This document shows positions 1 to 13,428 of a stretch of DNA of 64,000 nt, piece after piece. Position 1 is the stretch's first letter. Each line of letters begins with the position of its first letter. Origin of the DNA: Eledone cirrhosa. Its lineage: Eukaryota. The stretch covers positions 74,896,001 through 74,960,000 of the forward strand of contig OZ024747.1 of the NCBI GenBank assembly GCA_964016885.1, read 5' to 3'. The position numbers and the translations under genes are program-made. Under the pieces are notes generated by a model. That model did not search any database. It was not told where the DNA came from and saw only the letters and a program-made list of their open reading frames with translations.

Positions 1-961
1 GGTGGTTTTGCATCCTTGAGGTTGTTTCAGGGTTTACGGAGTTACAAATAAAGAATATTTATGGTGTAAATTAATTCCAATATTATATACAGTTCAACAT
101 TACATACAGTTCAATATTATATACTTTTACTCAGTTGCTTGTCTGCAGTTTTTGTCCAGCTTCCAAGATTAACCCTTTTCATATCAAACCATTGAAACTG
201 TCCCCAGTTCTATTTTTTATTTTAAAGTGTTTATATTTATCCACCATAATTTTATGTAAAACATTTGTTATGCTCCAAACATCAGCTTAATAATGAGAAA
301 GGGCAGTTTTAGGTGGTTTGCTATTCGGGGGTTAATCAGCTTTATACTGAAGACACAGAGGTGGGTTCAGATGGTTAGGTATCAATTGGTTGAAGTGGTA
401 CATTTTCCAAACACATGGTTCTGGGTTTAATCACACTGTGGGGCACTTTGAGGCATGTTTTTTTCTTTTTTTGTTAACCAAAACTTCAAGTTGACAAATA
501 TCTTATGAGTGAAGATTTGTTCAGAAACTGTTTGGAAGCCAATTGTATATATAACCCAAATGAACTCTTTCTGGGTTTTGCAATTGAATTTTATAAGTAA
601 ATGTTATAAGTAAAGTGAAGTTATTCCAACCAAGAATCAAAACAGATTATCAAACTTTACTAACTGACAATTTGGCACCAGTTTGTGGTAATTCCCAACA
701 TGGAGAACTAAATCAATTTACAACAAACTGAACAAAGATCAAAATGTCTTTGGTCAAGATAATTTACATACAAATTCATCATTCAATGAATGAAACAATG
801 GGCAACATCTGTAGTCATTTGATCTGCTAGAAATCTCCTACACATCAAACTCTGTCTTAAAAAAAAAGGACACATTTGATAATGTAGTCCTAGATATACA
901 AAAACACCACATTGTCAACAACAACAACATTCTATAGCTTATTTAGTATCTGTTGGTGCAA

Positions 962-1155
962 ATAATTGTTTCTACTTTTGGCACAAGACCAGTAATTATC
1001 CCAGTGTATTACTGGTACTTTATTTTATCGACCCCGTAAGGATGAAAGGGAAAGTTAACCTCAGCGGGATTTGAGCTCAGACCATAAAGGGCCGTAACTC
1101 TATGCTGCAAAGCATGGCATCCGACCCTCTACTGATACTGGCAATCCACCTCCTG
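962..1155 (-). mobile_element. tRNA-derived SINE family 1 (Meta-domain-like core)
   Basis: Core GCCTTTCATCCTTACGGGGTCGATAAAATAAAGTACCAG recurs more than 12 times in the window, with an A/B-box-like head. The domain name is from recollection of MetaSINEs and is unverified. Confidence 0.8.
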
Positions 1156-1977
1156 TTGGTGCAAATAATATCTATAAAACATGAATATCAGAAAACAGTT
1201 CATACTTTCCACCAGGCTACACAAAAATTTCTTTAAAAGAGTCTAAAGTCTGTCTTGAACCCAGAGGCTCATCAGAACGGTGCTTTTCCTGGCTTCTGTG
1301 GCATGAAATAACAGAGTACAAGACCTCCCCCTGGACAGAACACCAGTCCATCACAGGGTTAACCCCCTAGATATAGCTGGTACTCATTTTCAGCCGACTA
1401 TACTGGAGCAACATGAAATGAAGTGTTTTGCATATGAACTCAACACACAACCAGTTCATTTCAGTCTTATCTCTGTTGTTAAATTGTATATTCTTATAAT
1501 TAAAAATCTACACACATTACTTTTATTTCTCAATTTCTTCTTCATGTTGTTTAAAAGAAACTCTATAAGTAATTAAATATGTGTAGCTTTCATTGAAAAT
1601 ATATTTACATTACAAAGACCATTTGAAATTACTCCATAATATAAATATATAAGATAATTAATGCAGCTTTTGTCTTAATTCAGAACATGATTAATTATCT
1701 AAATGGAATCTGCTTTGCAAATGTTTTGTTTTTCAACCACTTACTAGCTTACCAAATAATTTGTATTTCTTTTCCCCAAGCACAAAAACGAATTTGGTTA
1801 GAGGGTAGTGGGTATAATTAATTGAATTGACCCACATTTTACTGCTTCTTGATCAATCTTAGGAGGAAAGTAAATTTAACACAGTTAAGATTTGAACTCC
1901 GAACAATGATGTACTAAATATAGGTATCTGTAAAGTTATGTAACTTTATACAGTAAACTATGTCTCACTTATCTTTG

Positions 1978-2305
1978 ACATCATCATCATCACCATTTTA
2001 TATCCATTTCTTTATGCTTGCATGGGTTCAACAGTTTTTCCTCCACATATCCTGCCTCAACTTATTGCATGTTTTCATCATCTTCTCTGTGGAGGTTAGT
2101 GTCTTAAGACCAGCTCTCATCATTACTGTCGAGGTCTTCCTTTACTGCAGCTTACTTCTACTGGGATCTCTCGACACTAGCATCACATATCCATACCAGT
2201 ACACTCTTCTTTCTTGCACACTGCTTTTGATTCCTCTTATATTTAGTTTTTCCCTCAGTTCACCCATGATTCATCATTCATACACATTAATATTACACAT
2301 CTAAA
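1978..2305 (-). mobile_element. Degraded RTE LINE 3' fragment
   Basis: (GAT)n tail and 3' end (AACCCATGCAAGCAT...) resemble the RTE copies; remnants of RVYWYGYV and GRPRQ on the minus strand. Confidence 0.6.
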
Positions 2306-5242
2306 GGAACATGCTCATTCTTTATAATAATTTATAATTCTATAATCTTTGACATTGTGTTTCTATTGTGAGGCTATTTATTAAATTCCAATTAAAACTA
2401 TCTTTACACAGTTGTAATACTTTTAAACCATTTGTATCACGCTGTGTACATTACTCTCTTTAATTGTAAATTTCGTCATCCTCAATTAAAAATTTGAACT
2501 TTTAAGAAATAAATCATTAAGATATAGGATAAACAGGTTTTTATTAACACTTTTTAATGCATATTTTTGTGTTGAGTTTAACAATAAAAAATTATTAAAA
2601 TTAAAAAGAGTCAGCAATAGCTGAAACAACGTATATTTCAGTAAATAAAACAGGGTATGGAACGAGGACTTTAAATTAAGTCCTCCTCCTCCTCCTCATC
2701 ATCACTACCACCATTACAATGACAGCTTTTATACAGTTATTGTTCAGACATATCTGCAATGTGGAATATCTCCCTTGTATCTGTCTGTATCCTCTCAACC
2801 ATCTCTCTCTCCCCCTTTCTCTTTTCTTAGTTACCTATTTCTTTGTCTCTCTATGGCGCTCCAAGATACATTCTGAAGTTGGCTGCTATGCCTTGCCAAA
2901 AGGCAACTCATGTTTGCTCTAGTATGGCATATTTCCATATTTCCTCCCAACCCTTACAAACCATTCCCCTATCCATCCCCTTATGCCTTGTTAGATAACA
3001 GCTCTGTCTCCTGATCCTACCAGTTTAAATATATATTAAATACATATTTTATTTTAATACAATTATAAAATTCCCAATTATGTGAAAATATTTTTATTTC
3101 CTCTAAAGAGCACGAAAATATTTTTATTTGCTCTAAAGAGCATTCATTCACTAGTATATATATATATATATATATACACACAAGTCAATGAATATACCTA
3201 TCTCTCTCTCTCTCTCTCTATTATATATATATATATATTATGTTTGTGGCCTTTGTAGTAATCTAAGAATTGAGTCTAAAGCACTCCAAAGGATGACAAT
3301 TACCATATCAGTAACTTCCTGTGGTTTGGTAGTGAAAATGTTAAAAGACAACAGATCAGGTCAAGTAAGGTTGGAGCTTGTCATGATTAATTTCAAAGGT
3401 GACATTTGTAGTATAGTAACTGTTATCATGTTTTGCTTGTATCAACTGTTCTGTTTTACTGGCAAGAAGCATCCATATGAACAGATTGACAGGATTCATA
3501 TGATGTTGCTCAGTATGTTAGAAGGTCAAAATGATAAGCTATTTCACTCTCTGCATTTATATGCTGGAGATAGGATCTCTTTTAGAAGCTTTAATAACTT
3601 AATATTTTACATTGTCTCTTCATCAAAGGTATGTTCTAACTAGTTTTTTTAAAAAACCTCATATTTATTTTTTTCCATAAAATTCAGGTAGAGTTCAAAT
3701 CCAGCTGTGCTTAACTTTGGGCTCATTAAAATAAAGTACCAGTAACACACACGTTTGATTCCTGTACCAGACGGTACATTGTGTCCTTGAACAAAACACT
3801 TTACTTCTCATATTGCTTCAGTCTACTCAGCAGGCAAAAATGAGTTGTATTTGTAATTCAAAGAGTCAGCCTTATCATAAATTGTATCACTCTGTGTCTC
3901 ATTCAGAACTATGTTAAGAGTATGCATGCATGTGGAATACTCAGCCATTTCAAAATGCTTTCAACAATCAACATTTTATGAAAATGTTTGGAAGTATTTT
4001 TTATTTTCATTGTCAACCAATTTTGATATAGAGAAATTTGCTTCATAAGTTGTACGTTGCATCTCTTGAATGTTCTGAGATTCATCATCAGTGATGTTTC
4101 TAAGGTCATAGAGAATTTTAAGTCTTTCAATATCAGAACCCTTTACCCAGTTGACCCAGCACGGATTGATCAAATCCTGGCTTGCATTCCAACAGGAAAC
4201 AAGTGACGTCTGCCATCTTCATACTGGCACACAAAAAAACTAACCAAATACTACTTAAATTCTGTAAAAATAAAATAGATATCATAAAAATAACATAAAT
4301 AATATATACGTAAAATCTTGTTAAAAATATTTATATAGAATCTTAGGTAAATATATTTGTATAGCATTTTCCTATATTTTCACAAATTATTTTATCAAAG
4401 CAATATAGAAGATGTGTAATATAGAAAATATATGTAATTTTTAAATACCATTAAATGTATTTTCTGAAGACATAAAATTTCTCTATCACAAATATTGCTC
4501 ATTTGTAAGTAACATTAAAACATAGTAAACCTTGTAAAACTGTTAATACTTTGCCGAAAAACGTCAAATAATAGCAATGTTACAATTATATTATCTTAGG
4601 TTTCAGACTGGCAGCTACTATGTAAAAAGAAATTTGTATCTCAACAACCAGTAGCTCTGCATTGCTTTCACTAACAGATGAGCAAGTGATCTACTATTAT
4701 ATATTGATTCCAAATGGTCTATTTTCATAGAATACAACAATAAAAACCTAACAAATCATTTCTGAAAACCAAACAATCATATTAAGCTATACACTAAAAC
4801 TACAATTTCTTGAGATAACTCTGACTGAATTTGTAGCAATGTCTATTAATGAATGAAATTGCACCTAGAATTAATGTTAGCAATGCAGAAATCCTTTTAC
4901 CTATATTTCTCTAATCAGTTTGTCATGAAAATACTTTCTTTTGACCAAAGTATTTGGTTCAATGTTTTCATTTAATCACATTGAGCAAATAAAATATATC
5001 TAATATAAAAAATATAAAAATGAAATCAGGTCTTCCTTGTAGAATGAGATACCATTTTGAACTCTATCAGATTTATTCAGTAGGTCAGAGAATTGCCTAA
5101 AGCTAGTGGACACAACACTTATTTTTAAAAAACAGCTAGTATAGTATGTCCAGAAAACTACTACTACTACTACTAATGTTTATGTATGAAATGTGTAAGG
5201 AGGTACTGTAAAATAGCTTCTACAGCTACTAATTATTGTTAT

Positions 5243-5635
5243 TAGGGCAGTGGATTGGCAGAATCGCTAGAGCATCGAACATACTGGAAAGGTTAACTTT
5301 GCCTTTCATCCTTACAGGGTTGATAAAATAAAGTACCAGTAATGCACTGGGGGAGGGGGCGATTTAATTTACTTTCTCTCCCCCAAAACTGTTGGTCTTG
5401 TGCCTAAATCAGAAACCATTATTTGGCAGAATCAGTAGAACGCTGGACAACATGCTTAGCGGAATAGAGTTATGGCCCTTTACGTTCTGAGTTCAAATCT
5501 CGCCGAGGTTAACTTTGCCTTTTATCCTTACGAGCTCGATAAAATAAAATACCAGTAATGCACTGGGAACGATTTAATCGACTTTCCCTCCCCCCAAAAC
5601 TGTTGGACTTGCGTCTATATCAGAAACAATTATTA
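5243..5635 (+). mobile_element. Two tandem SINE family 1 copies
   Basis: TGGCAGAATC A-box-like, GTTCAAATC B-box, family core and 3' GGCCTTGTGCCTA. Confidence 0.8.
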
Positions 5636-6304
5636 TCATTCCCTCCTGTGTTTCTTAATATATTTCACAACAAACTTAGTCCATTATTTAGTTTTATTCT
5701 CTAACTGAAACCATTTTGTTTTCATTGTTGTAGTGTACCTGAGCACTGTACACAATAATTTCATTATTATTATTATTATTATATGATATGTATGAACCTG
5801 TAACTCCAAATGAAATTGTATGGGCATCATCGTGACTTATGGCGTTTCTTGGAGCTTTTTTTTAAATCTGGGGGTCCCATCTATCGTTTAGGAAAAGTTA
5901 AAATATATCAACTCTGTAAAGCTCTCAAAATTGTTGGTTCTTTGTTGTTTTTTTTTATTAACAAATAAACTCTGATTCTCCAACGTACATTGGCCGAGTG
6001 GTAAGTGTGTTAGACTTACAATAATAATTGTTTCTACTTTAGGCACAAGGCCAGCTACTAATTAGAAGTACAATTATAATAATAATAATAGTAATAATTA
6101 CATCATTAGACATTTGTTCCTTGTCTCTGTGTTCTATAATTTTTAAATAATTTTGAAAATAATGTTTTTTTAAATTGAAGGTAATGTAACTAACTTTATC
6201 ATGGCTAAACTGGTATTTTAGATAAACATAAACAGTTTAGTAAAGTGTTGTAGAACAAATGGCAGGTTCAGGCAATTTGGTATCACAAGAGTTAAAGAAC
6301 TGAC

Positions 6305-6495
6305 AATAATTGTTTCTATTTTAAGCACAAGGCCAGTAATTACCCAGTGCATTACTGGTACTTTATTTTATCGACCCCGTAAGGATGAAAGGCAAAGTCA
6401 ACCTCGGCGGGATTTGAACTCAGATCATAAAGGGACGTAACTATGCTGGAAAGCATGGCGTCCGACCCTCTACCAATACTGCCAATCCACTGGCT
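6305..6495 (-). mobile_element. SINE family 1
   Basis: Near-identical to 962-1155 and 39013-39198. Confidence 0.85.
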
Positions 6496-6710
6496 GACAA
6501 TAATGGTTACGTATCAGTCTTGTATTTCTCCCTAGACAGAAGATATCAGGAATATTAAAAGAAAAGGGGAAGGAGCAAATAGAATAGAATGGTTTTAATT
6601 TACCATCATAGTGTCATGTGATGGTAAAATATGCAATAGGGCCTAGATGTTATTTAGCCTTAGTTCAGGCTTGAGTGATTGAAAGCATTCCATACATGAT
6701 TATCCCATCT

Positions 6711-6893
6711 TACAAGGCTTGGCGGAAAAGTTCATAAGCTGACCAAGATATTCTCATGGAATGACTAAATGAGTTTAAAGAAACAATGCAGTTATTAAAA
6801 AAAAAAAGAGTTGAAATTAATGCATGCAAGATTTCACAGCTCTAGCATCATTTCTTCATAATCGGCCTATGACCTTTTCAGCCTAGCCTCGTA
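6711..6893. mobile_element. Mariner-type MITE
   Basis: Imperfect ~30-bp TIRs TACAAGGCTTGGCGGAAAAGTTCATAAGCTGA / TCGGCCTATGACCTTTTCAGCCTAGCCTCGTA with TA at both ends. Confidence 0.7.
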
Positions 6894-6919
6894 TATTCAA
6901 ACAAAACATCTAGTACCTA

Positions 6920-7480
6920 TGAATTCATTATCCTTCCTCCCTTTTCTTTTTATTACTTTAAGATAACAGTAAGGCTTGGTTCTGGTGAGATTTAGCTATT
7001 ATTTCTAGCAAGCTGAGAAACCACCTAGAAGCTCCTATCCTTCCTTCCTTTTTTTCTTTTTTTACTTTAAGACTGTAGGGCACAGTTCTGGTGAGATTTA
7101 GCTATTATTTCTAGCAAGTTGAGAAACCACATAGAAGCTCCCATTGCTAGGTCGATAAATTGACTATTGTTCGGGAAAATATTAGTGCTTTAATGATAAT
7201 TTTTTTTCTTTTTCAACAAGTGGTTGATAACATAGCTAACGATTCTAGCTTCTCGCTAGATATTGGTTGATGTGTAATTGAATGCTTTACAACCTAACTA
7301 CCAGTTTTTATCAATATTAGTGAACTGTTTAGCATATCGTCTCCAAATATATTCTCTTTCACTTCTTATTGGAGTCAAGATTCTTATTTTATTTCTCACT
7401 GTTAATTCAGTCATAGCAAATTATAATATATGCATATTTATTCATTTTTATTTATTTATTCATATATATGTGTGTGTGTG

Positions 7481-7530
<50 letters not shown>

Positions 7531-7873
7531 CTGCATTACAATCGTTAACTTAGATTCATGTTGGGTTCATTATGAATGTCTGCTAGTCACAGAATTTATT
7601 ACACACTTAGTATTTTGTCTTTTATTAGTACAGTTCTTACTGTTGTTGCACTTCTTACTAGTTTACTATGAATTTAGCTTCTCTCTTCATTGATGAGCTT
7701 ATATTATTATTCTTATTATTATTATTTGGCTGCTACTTCTAACAATTTGAGATAACTTGTAGAAGCTTCCTCTTTGGTTCATACTTAATATATATCAAGA
7801 GAGTGTGATTTGAGGGTTAGTTGGCTACTATTTCTAGCAGGACATGCTATCGTATAGAAGATTTCCTTGTTGG

Positions 7874-7912
<39 letters not shown>

Positions 7913-8215
7913 GTATGGTGTGATTTGACTACTATTTCTAACAGGCTATGCTATCACACATATATATATATATACACACCCTCATAGGACAGTAAGGTGT
8001 GATTTGAGGGTGTTTGCTACTATTTCTAGCAGGCCATGTTTCCACATAGAGACTTCTCTCTCTCTCTCACACACACACATTTAAATATGACAGTGTGATA
8101 TGATTTGACTATCATTTCTAGCATGTCAGGCTACCACATAGCGGTCTCTCTTATAGGTTTATATATACATAAGACAGTAGATTAAGGTGGGTGTTTCATG
8201 CCAATTTGGCTGCTA
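6920..8215 (+). repeat. Cluster of fragments of an unclassified interspersed repeat (GTGTGATTTG..GGCTACTATTTCTAGCAGG)
   Basis: Motif occurs about seven times here, interleaved with (TA)n, and also at ~820 (-), 21220, 23330 (-) and 53690. Confidence 0.6.
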
Positions 8216-8775
8216 TCCCGCCGAGGTTAACTTTGCCTTTCATCCTTATGGGGTCGATAAAATAAAGTACCAGTAATGTACTAGGTAATTGCTGGCCTTG
8301 TGCTAAAAGTAGAAACAATTATTATAATAATTTTATTATCATTAGTAGTAGTAGTAGTCTGGTCACATTATTTTAGACTGGGTTTTAGGATCCCTGTCAT
8401 ATTTTCTGTTAGACAAAAACCAGCTCATTCCATCCTGTCTTCTTTCTAACTGCAGTAAATAAATCTAAGCCTAGTAGTGGTAAACTCAGTTTTAGTTTTA
8501 TTTATTCCTCTAACAGAATAGGAAACAGATATTGATTGCAAGTGAGAGGCGTCAAACGTTTCCACCAAAAAATATCCACTTTGTATGGTTGATATATAAT
8601 TATCAATACATTTGCTAGCCAGTGTGTGTATGTGTGTGTGAGAGGGGCAGGGTACAGGTTTTTATCTTATTCTTTTACTGGTTTCAGTCATTACAGTGTG
8701 GCCATGCTGGGGCATTACCATCAGGAGATGTTTCTTATATCAAGCCAGTAAAAACTACATAGCCACACACACATG

Positions 8776-8807
<32 letters not shown>

Positions 8808-8872
8808 AATACATACACACACACACATATATATAATGTAGGTATATCTATCTTTCCACCCTCTCTCTCTCT

Positions 8873-8922
<50 letters not shown>

Positions 8923-9117
8923 TATGTGTGTGTGTGGCTGTGTATATATTTACTGTGTCAGTGTCCAGGACTATATTTTCTAATGTCTTCTATTTTTGTA
9001 AAAAGATAGGGTTGGATTTAGTGTGGATGAGTGCAAGTTAGAGCTTGTGTGAGTAGGAGTTTGAGTCGAGAGTGAATTAGAGTTGATGAGTATAATTCAG
9101 CATTCGGTCATCAAAAG

Positions 9118-9686
9118 AGGGGGTGGTAGGTGTAAAAACCAAAATCACAATCTTCAATTTGGTATTCAAGCTAACCCTTACCTATGTTCATGAATCTTGG
9201 GTAATGACGGAAAGAATACGATCGCAAATACATGTATCTCAGAGATCAGAGAGTCACTCCAGGTAGAGACGCTACTTCTCCGAATTGAGAGATTACAGCT
9301 CTCATACTATGGACATGTGGTTAGAATGTCTCAGGAAAGAATCTCTGGACAGATTTGTAGCTCAGAGATGAGAGAGTCACTGCAGGTAGAGCTGCTACTT
9401 CTCCTAATTGAGAGATCACAGCTCTGATACTATAGACATGTGGTTAGAATGTCTCGGGAAAGAATGGTTGGACTGATTTTATAGGCAAAACCAACTGGCA
9501 GGAGACCCAGGGCTAGACCCTACCCTAAGTACGATGCTTGGATAACATCCATGAGCTTGGCTGGCCTCACTTGGGGATCCAGCCCGATCATTTCAAAATG
9601 ATTGCTTTTAACAGGACCCGCTGGAAGGAGTATTTGAGGACTCTGCCCCCACAATCCTCTCGGGAATAAGTAGGGGAAGAAGAAGA
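9118..9686 (+). mobile_element. RTE-like LINE 3' fragment (family B, (GAA)n tail) with ~125-bp internal duplication
   Basis: IERLQLSYYGHVVRMSQER occurs twice, followed by PTGRRPRARP; ends GGAATAAGTAGGGGAAGAAGAAG; homologous to five other copies in the window. Confidence 0.85.
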
Positions 9687-10318
9687 GTGTGACTTTGAGT
9701 TGAGGTGTGGTTCATTGGCTTGGCTTGCAGTACTGAGTTCAATACTTTCAATGATTAAATACTGTCTTTAATAGATCAATCAGTCTTCTTAGTGGAAGGA
9801 GATTTATGTGTTGTCTGCTTAACACTATAGAAAACAGGAGATAAGCTCCAACTTTATGGATATTTGTGATTTGGAAAGAATTACTTGTTGTTGTGTATTT
9901 TATTTGTTTTCAGAACGTTTTATGAAATGACTACTTCATCTGGTAATGAAAAATTGGTTTCTGGAATCAGCTTAGGAGGAATTTATTTCCATAGTAACAG
10001 TATTCTAAAGATAATTATCTCATATTTAACGGAATTAAGATATTTTAAGATACATTATTGTAGCCATAACGCTACATTAGTGACTCAATGGCCTGGAGTT
10101 TTCTGCTGAACATTTTTGTTGTTGCATTTTTAATTAAACAAAAAAAACTGTAATTTTCAGATCAGATCATTTTGAAAATAATTAAGAATAAGAAGAGATT
10201 TAGTAAAATATCTAGCGTTCAAATCTAATGTCTGATTGAATGAGTAATGGACCAGCCAGGGTTATCTGGAACCTTCTTCCAATAGCTTTGTTAACAAATT
10301 TATATATATATATATATA

Positions 10319-10452
10319 GTTGACAGCTTAGAGAAAAAATACTAAATACTGAAATAGAGGTTAAATATTCATTTTATTATGGCTAAGTAGAGAGTCTTGT
10401 TACTCTGGCAAAACTCCAGAGTAACAAGACTCACTATTTAGCCTTAAGAAAA

Positions 10453-10460
<8 letters not shown>
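10319..10460 (-). mobile_element. (TA)n-embedded fold-back element, same family as 48400-48865
   Basis: Shares AATACTGAAATAGAG.TTAAATATTCATTT and GAGTCTTGTTACT with the 48.4-kb element; ~95-bp hairpin at 10365-10459. Confidence 0.7.
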
Positions 10461-10480
<20 letters not shown>

Positions 10481-10486
<6 letters not shown>

Positions 10487-10672
10487 ATATAGAAATGGTT
10501 TCGAGAGGACTCGAACTGTTTCATTCGTATGAAATCATCAGGAATGCCTGATGAATGAAACAGGTCTATTCCTGTAGAAACCATTTCTATATTAAATAAT
10601 GATGTTTACACTCTACTAATATATTGAGTACCTTTTTTAACTGTGGTTACCCTTGATTTCACTCAGGATACC
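10481..10672 (+). mobile_element. (TA)n-embedded fold-back element (second copy at 33651-33813)
   Basis: Hairpin at 10481-10598 containing CTGATGA and GAAAC, then a tail with TTGAGTACC..ACTGTGG; homologous hairpin and tail at 33.7 kb. Confidence 0.7.
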
Positions 10673-11029
10673 TCTCTCTGTATATATATATATATTATTT
10701 TCATGTTGTCATAGTTTAGTTGAGTCTACATACAACACATCAAATTGCTTCTCTTCCCCAGTTTCTGCCCTCTCAACCCTCTCACCTGTGAGGCCCAGAG
10801 GTTTGTGATCACCAGTTACTTTCTATAGCTTTATCACACGCAATTGTTAAATCTATTTCAGAGACAATATTGAATATTATGTAATTGTTGTATAGTATCT
10901 GCATTAGATGAGTCACTTAGAAACAATCATTATAGTTATTACTGGTCTGCTATAGATTATTTTATATTTAGTAATTAGGAGATGAATAACATCTATGGTC
11001 AGTTTGTATAATTTTGTCAATGCTCTTCT

Positions 11030-11545
11030 TCTCTGCCCACAATTGGCCAAGCGTAGTGAGTATGGCTACATCTGTGAAGACATGACCAAAACGAAACAGA
11101 AAGCTGTGGAGATCAACCAGGGAGGGGTTCTTTCAACGGGAGTGAGACGGCCTGGATTAGATTGGATGTCAGTGACTGATAGATTATTTGTTACTTCTAT
11201 CTTTATATAGTGTAAATATAAAACTACCTTGAGCAATATCATAGTCTATAGGAGACTTCTTCTTTGTCCACTTATTCCTGAGAAGGTCATGGGGGCAGAT
11301 TCGTCAAATACTTCTTCAAGCAGGTCCTGTTAGAAACAATTGTCTCCAATTGATCTGCCTGAATCCCCATGTATGACCAGCAGAACTCATGTATCTTATC
11401 CAAACTTGCTTTGGGTGAGACGTGGTCTACGCCTGGGTTTCCTGCCAGTTGGTTTTGCCTGTAAAATCTGTCCAGCTATTCCTTCCTGAGACATTCTAAC
11501 CACATTTCCATAATGTCAGAGGTGTGATCTCTCAATGTAGAGTAG
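11030..11545 (-). mobile_element. RTE-like LINE family B 3' fragment with ~220-bp 3' extension
   Basis: Reverse complement matches 9360-9686 and 60310-60620. Confidence 0.8.
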
Positions 11546-11744
11546 TAGCAGTTCTACCTGGAGTGTGGTTAGACATTTTAACCATATGTATCTGACTGCA
11601 TCTTAAATGACTCTATAGTTGAGTAGTAAAGAACTTTATTTTGCAGCCAAGTTGTCCTGGATTTGATCCCACTGCATGGCATCATGAGAAGGTGTCTTAG
11701 CCATAATCTTGGTTTGACCTAAGCCTTGTAAATAAAATGTCTGA

Positions 11745-12272
11745 CTCTTTACATTCTGGGTTCAAATCCTATCGAGGTCAACTTTGCCTTTCATCCCTTT
11801 GAGGTCAATAAAATAAAGTACCAGTTAATTACTGGGATTGATATAATCAGCTCTCGCTGGGAAAGTTGATTAAATCAATCCCACTGCATTACTGGTACTT
11901 TATTTCATCAACCCCCGTAAGAATGAATGGCAAAACTAACATTGGTGGGATTTGAACTCAGAACACAAAGGGTCATAACTCTATTCCACGAAGCATGTCC
12001 AATGCCCTACCGATGCTGCCAATCCACCACCCTTTCCATTGCCCTTGTAATAATAATAATAATGGTTTCTTATAAAGGCACAAGGCCATCAATTTTGGGG
12101 GAAGGAAAAGTCGATTAAATCGACCCCAGTGCATGACTGGTACTTTATTTTATCGACCCCCTAAGGATGAAAGGCAAAGTTAACCTTGGCAGGATTTGAA
12201 CTCAGATCATAAAGGGCCGTAACTCTATGCGTCAAAGCATAGCGTCCAACAGCTCTACCGATACTGCCAAAT
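11745..12272. mobile_element. Cluster of three SINE family 1 copies (+ 11745-11850; - 11860-12030; - 12060-12272)
   Basis: Family core present three times in the stated orientations. Confidence 0.8.
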
Positions 12273-12789
12273 AATAATAATAATAATAATAATATCTAGA
12301 AACATGACCCCCCCATTTTTCTTATGAAGAACAATCTATTTACTTTTTATTAAAAATACTATTTTAAAAACCCAGACATTGTAATTTAATTTTTTATTTT
12401 ATTTCATGCTGACAAATTCTAATTAATTAGATTCATAGTCACTCACAAAACTAAACATTTTAGCTTTTATTTTTGCATAATATTATGCAAATTATTACTG
12501 ACAATAATTTACTTTTAGAAAAATATTTAAATGTATTTTATGTGAGAGATTGTTAGATGAGACATAACAAAGTTAAAGGCATTGAAACTCCTTCACCTTC
12601 AATGCCCTTATCTCTCCCTCTTTCACTCACTATCTCTCCCTCTTTCACTATCTCTCTCTTCTCTTTTTCTTTTCTCTCTCTCTCTCACATGGACAATCAT
12701 ACCTCTGATTCTCTCTCCTATTTATATATCTCTCTCTCATGAACAATCATTCCTCCGATTCCCCCTCCTCTTTATCTATCTCTCAATCA

Positions 12790-12903
12790 TATCACCCTCC
12801 CTCCCTCCCATATCAACACTCACATCTCCCTCCCTCCCTCCCATATCAACACTCATACCTCCCTCCCTTCCATATCAACACTCATACCTCCCTCCCATAT
12901 CAA
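12790..12903. repeat. ~30-33-bp C-rich minisatellite
   Basis: CCTCCCTCCCATATCAACACTCATA repeated 3-4 times. Confidence 0.8.
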
Positions 12904-13074
12904 GACTCCAATGAAGACAATATAGTTTGACTTTATTTAAGCAACCATTTTTAATATTCTAAAGAGAATTGAACATTTAAGGGTTAAGAGATTAGTACAG
13001 CAGAAATATATTTTAAATATTAATTAATTTAACTTAAAATCAACAGGTCATAAGTACTCTTAAATTTCTGAATA

Positions 13075-13152
13075 TACAGGGTGTCAAAAAAATGTATACA
13101 CATTTCAGCAGCATTCTAATAAAAGTGTGAATACATTTTGGAGAGACAGCCT
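13075..13152. mobile_element. Short Tc1-type MITE (second copy at ~33850-33910)
   Basis: CAGGGTGTC..AAAATGTATACAC / GTGAATACATTTTGG inverted ends; the 33.9-kb copy ends GTGTATACATTTTGGGGGGACACCCTG. Confidence 0.55.
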
Positions 13153-13327
13153 CTCTCTCTCCCTATATATATATATATATATTGTTTCTAATTTTGGCAC
13201 AAGGCCAGCAATTTGAAGGAAAGGGGAAAGTTGACTACATCGACTTCAGTGCATTACTGGTACTTTATTTTATCAACCCCATAAGGATGAAAGGCAAAGC
13301 TAACCTTGATGGGATTTGAACTCAGAA

Positions 13328-13376
<49 letters not shown>

Positions 13377-13428
13377 TCATCATCATCGTTTAACGTCCAT
13401 GTTCCATATATATATATATATATATATA

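Noticed and set aside
3188-3643. 151-aa ORF
   Set aside because: Begins in microsatellite and shows no recognisable motif or convincing splice structure.
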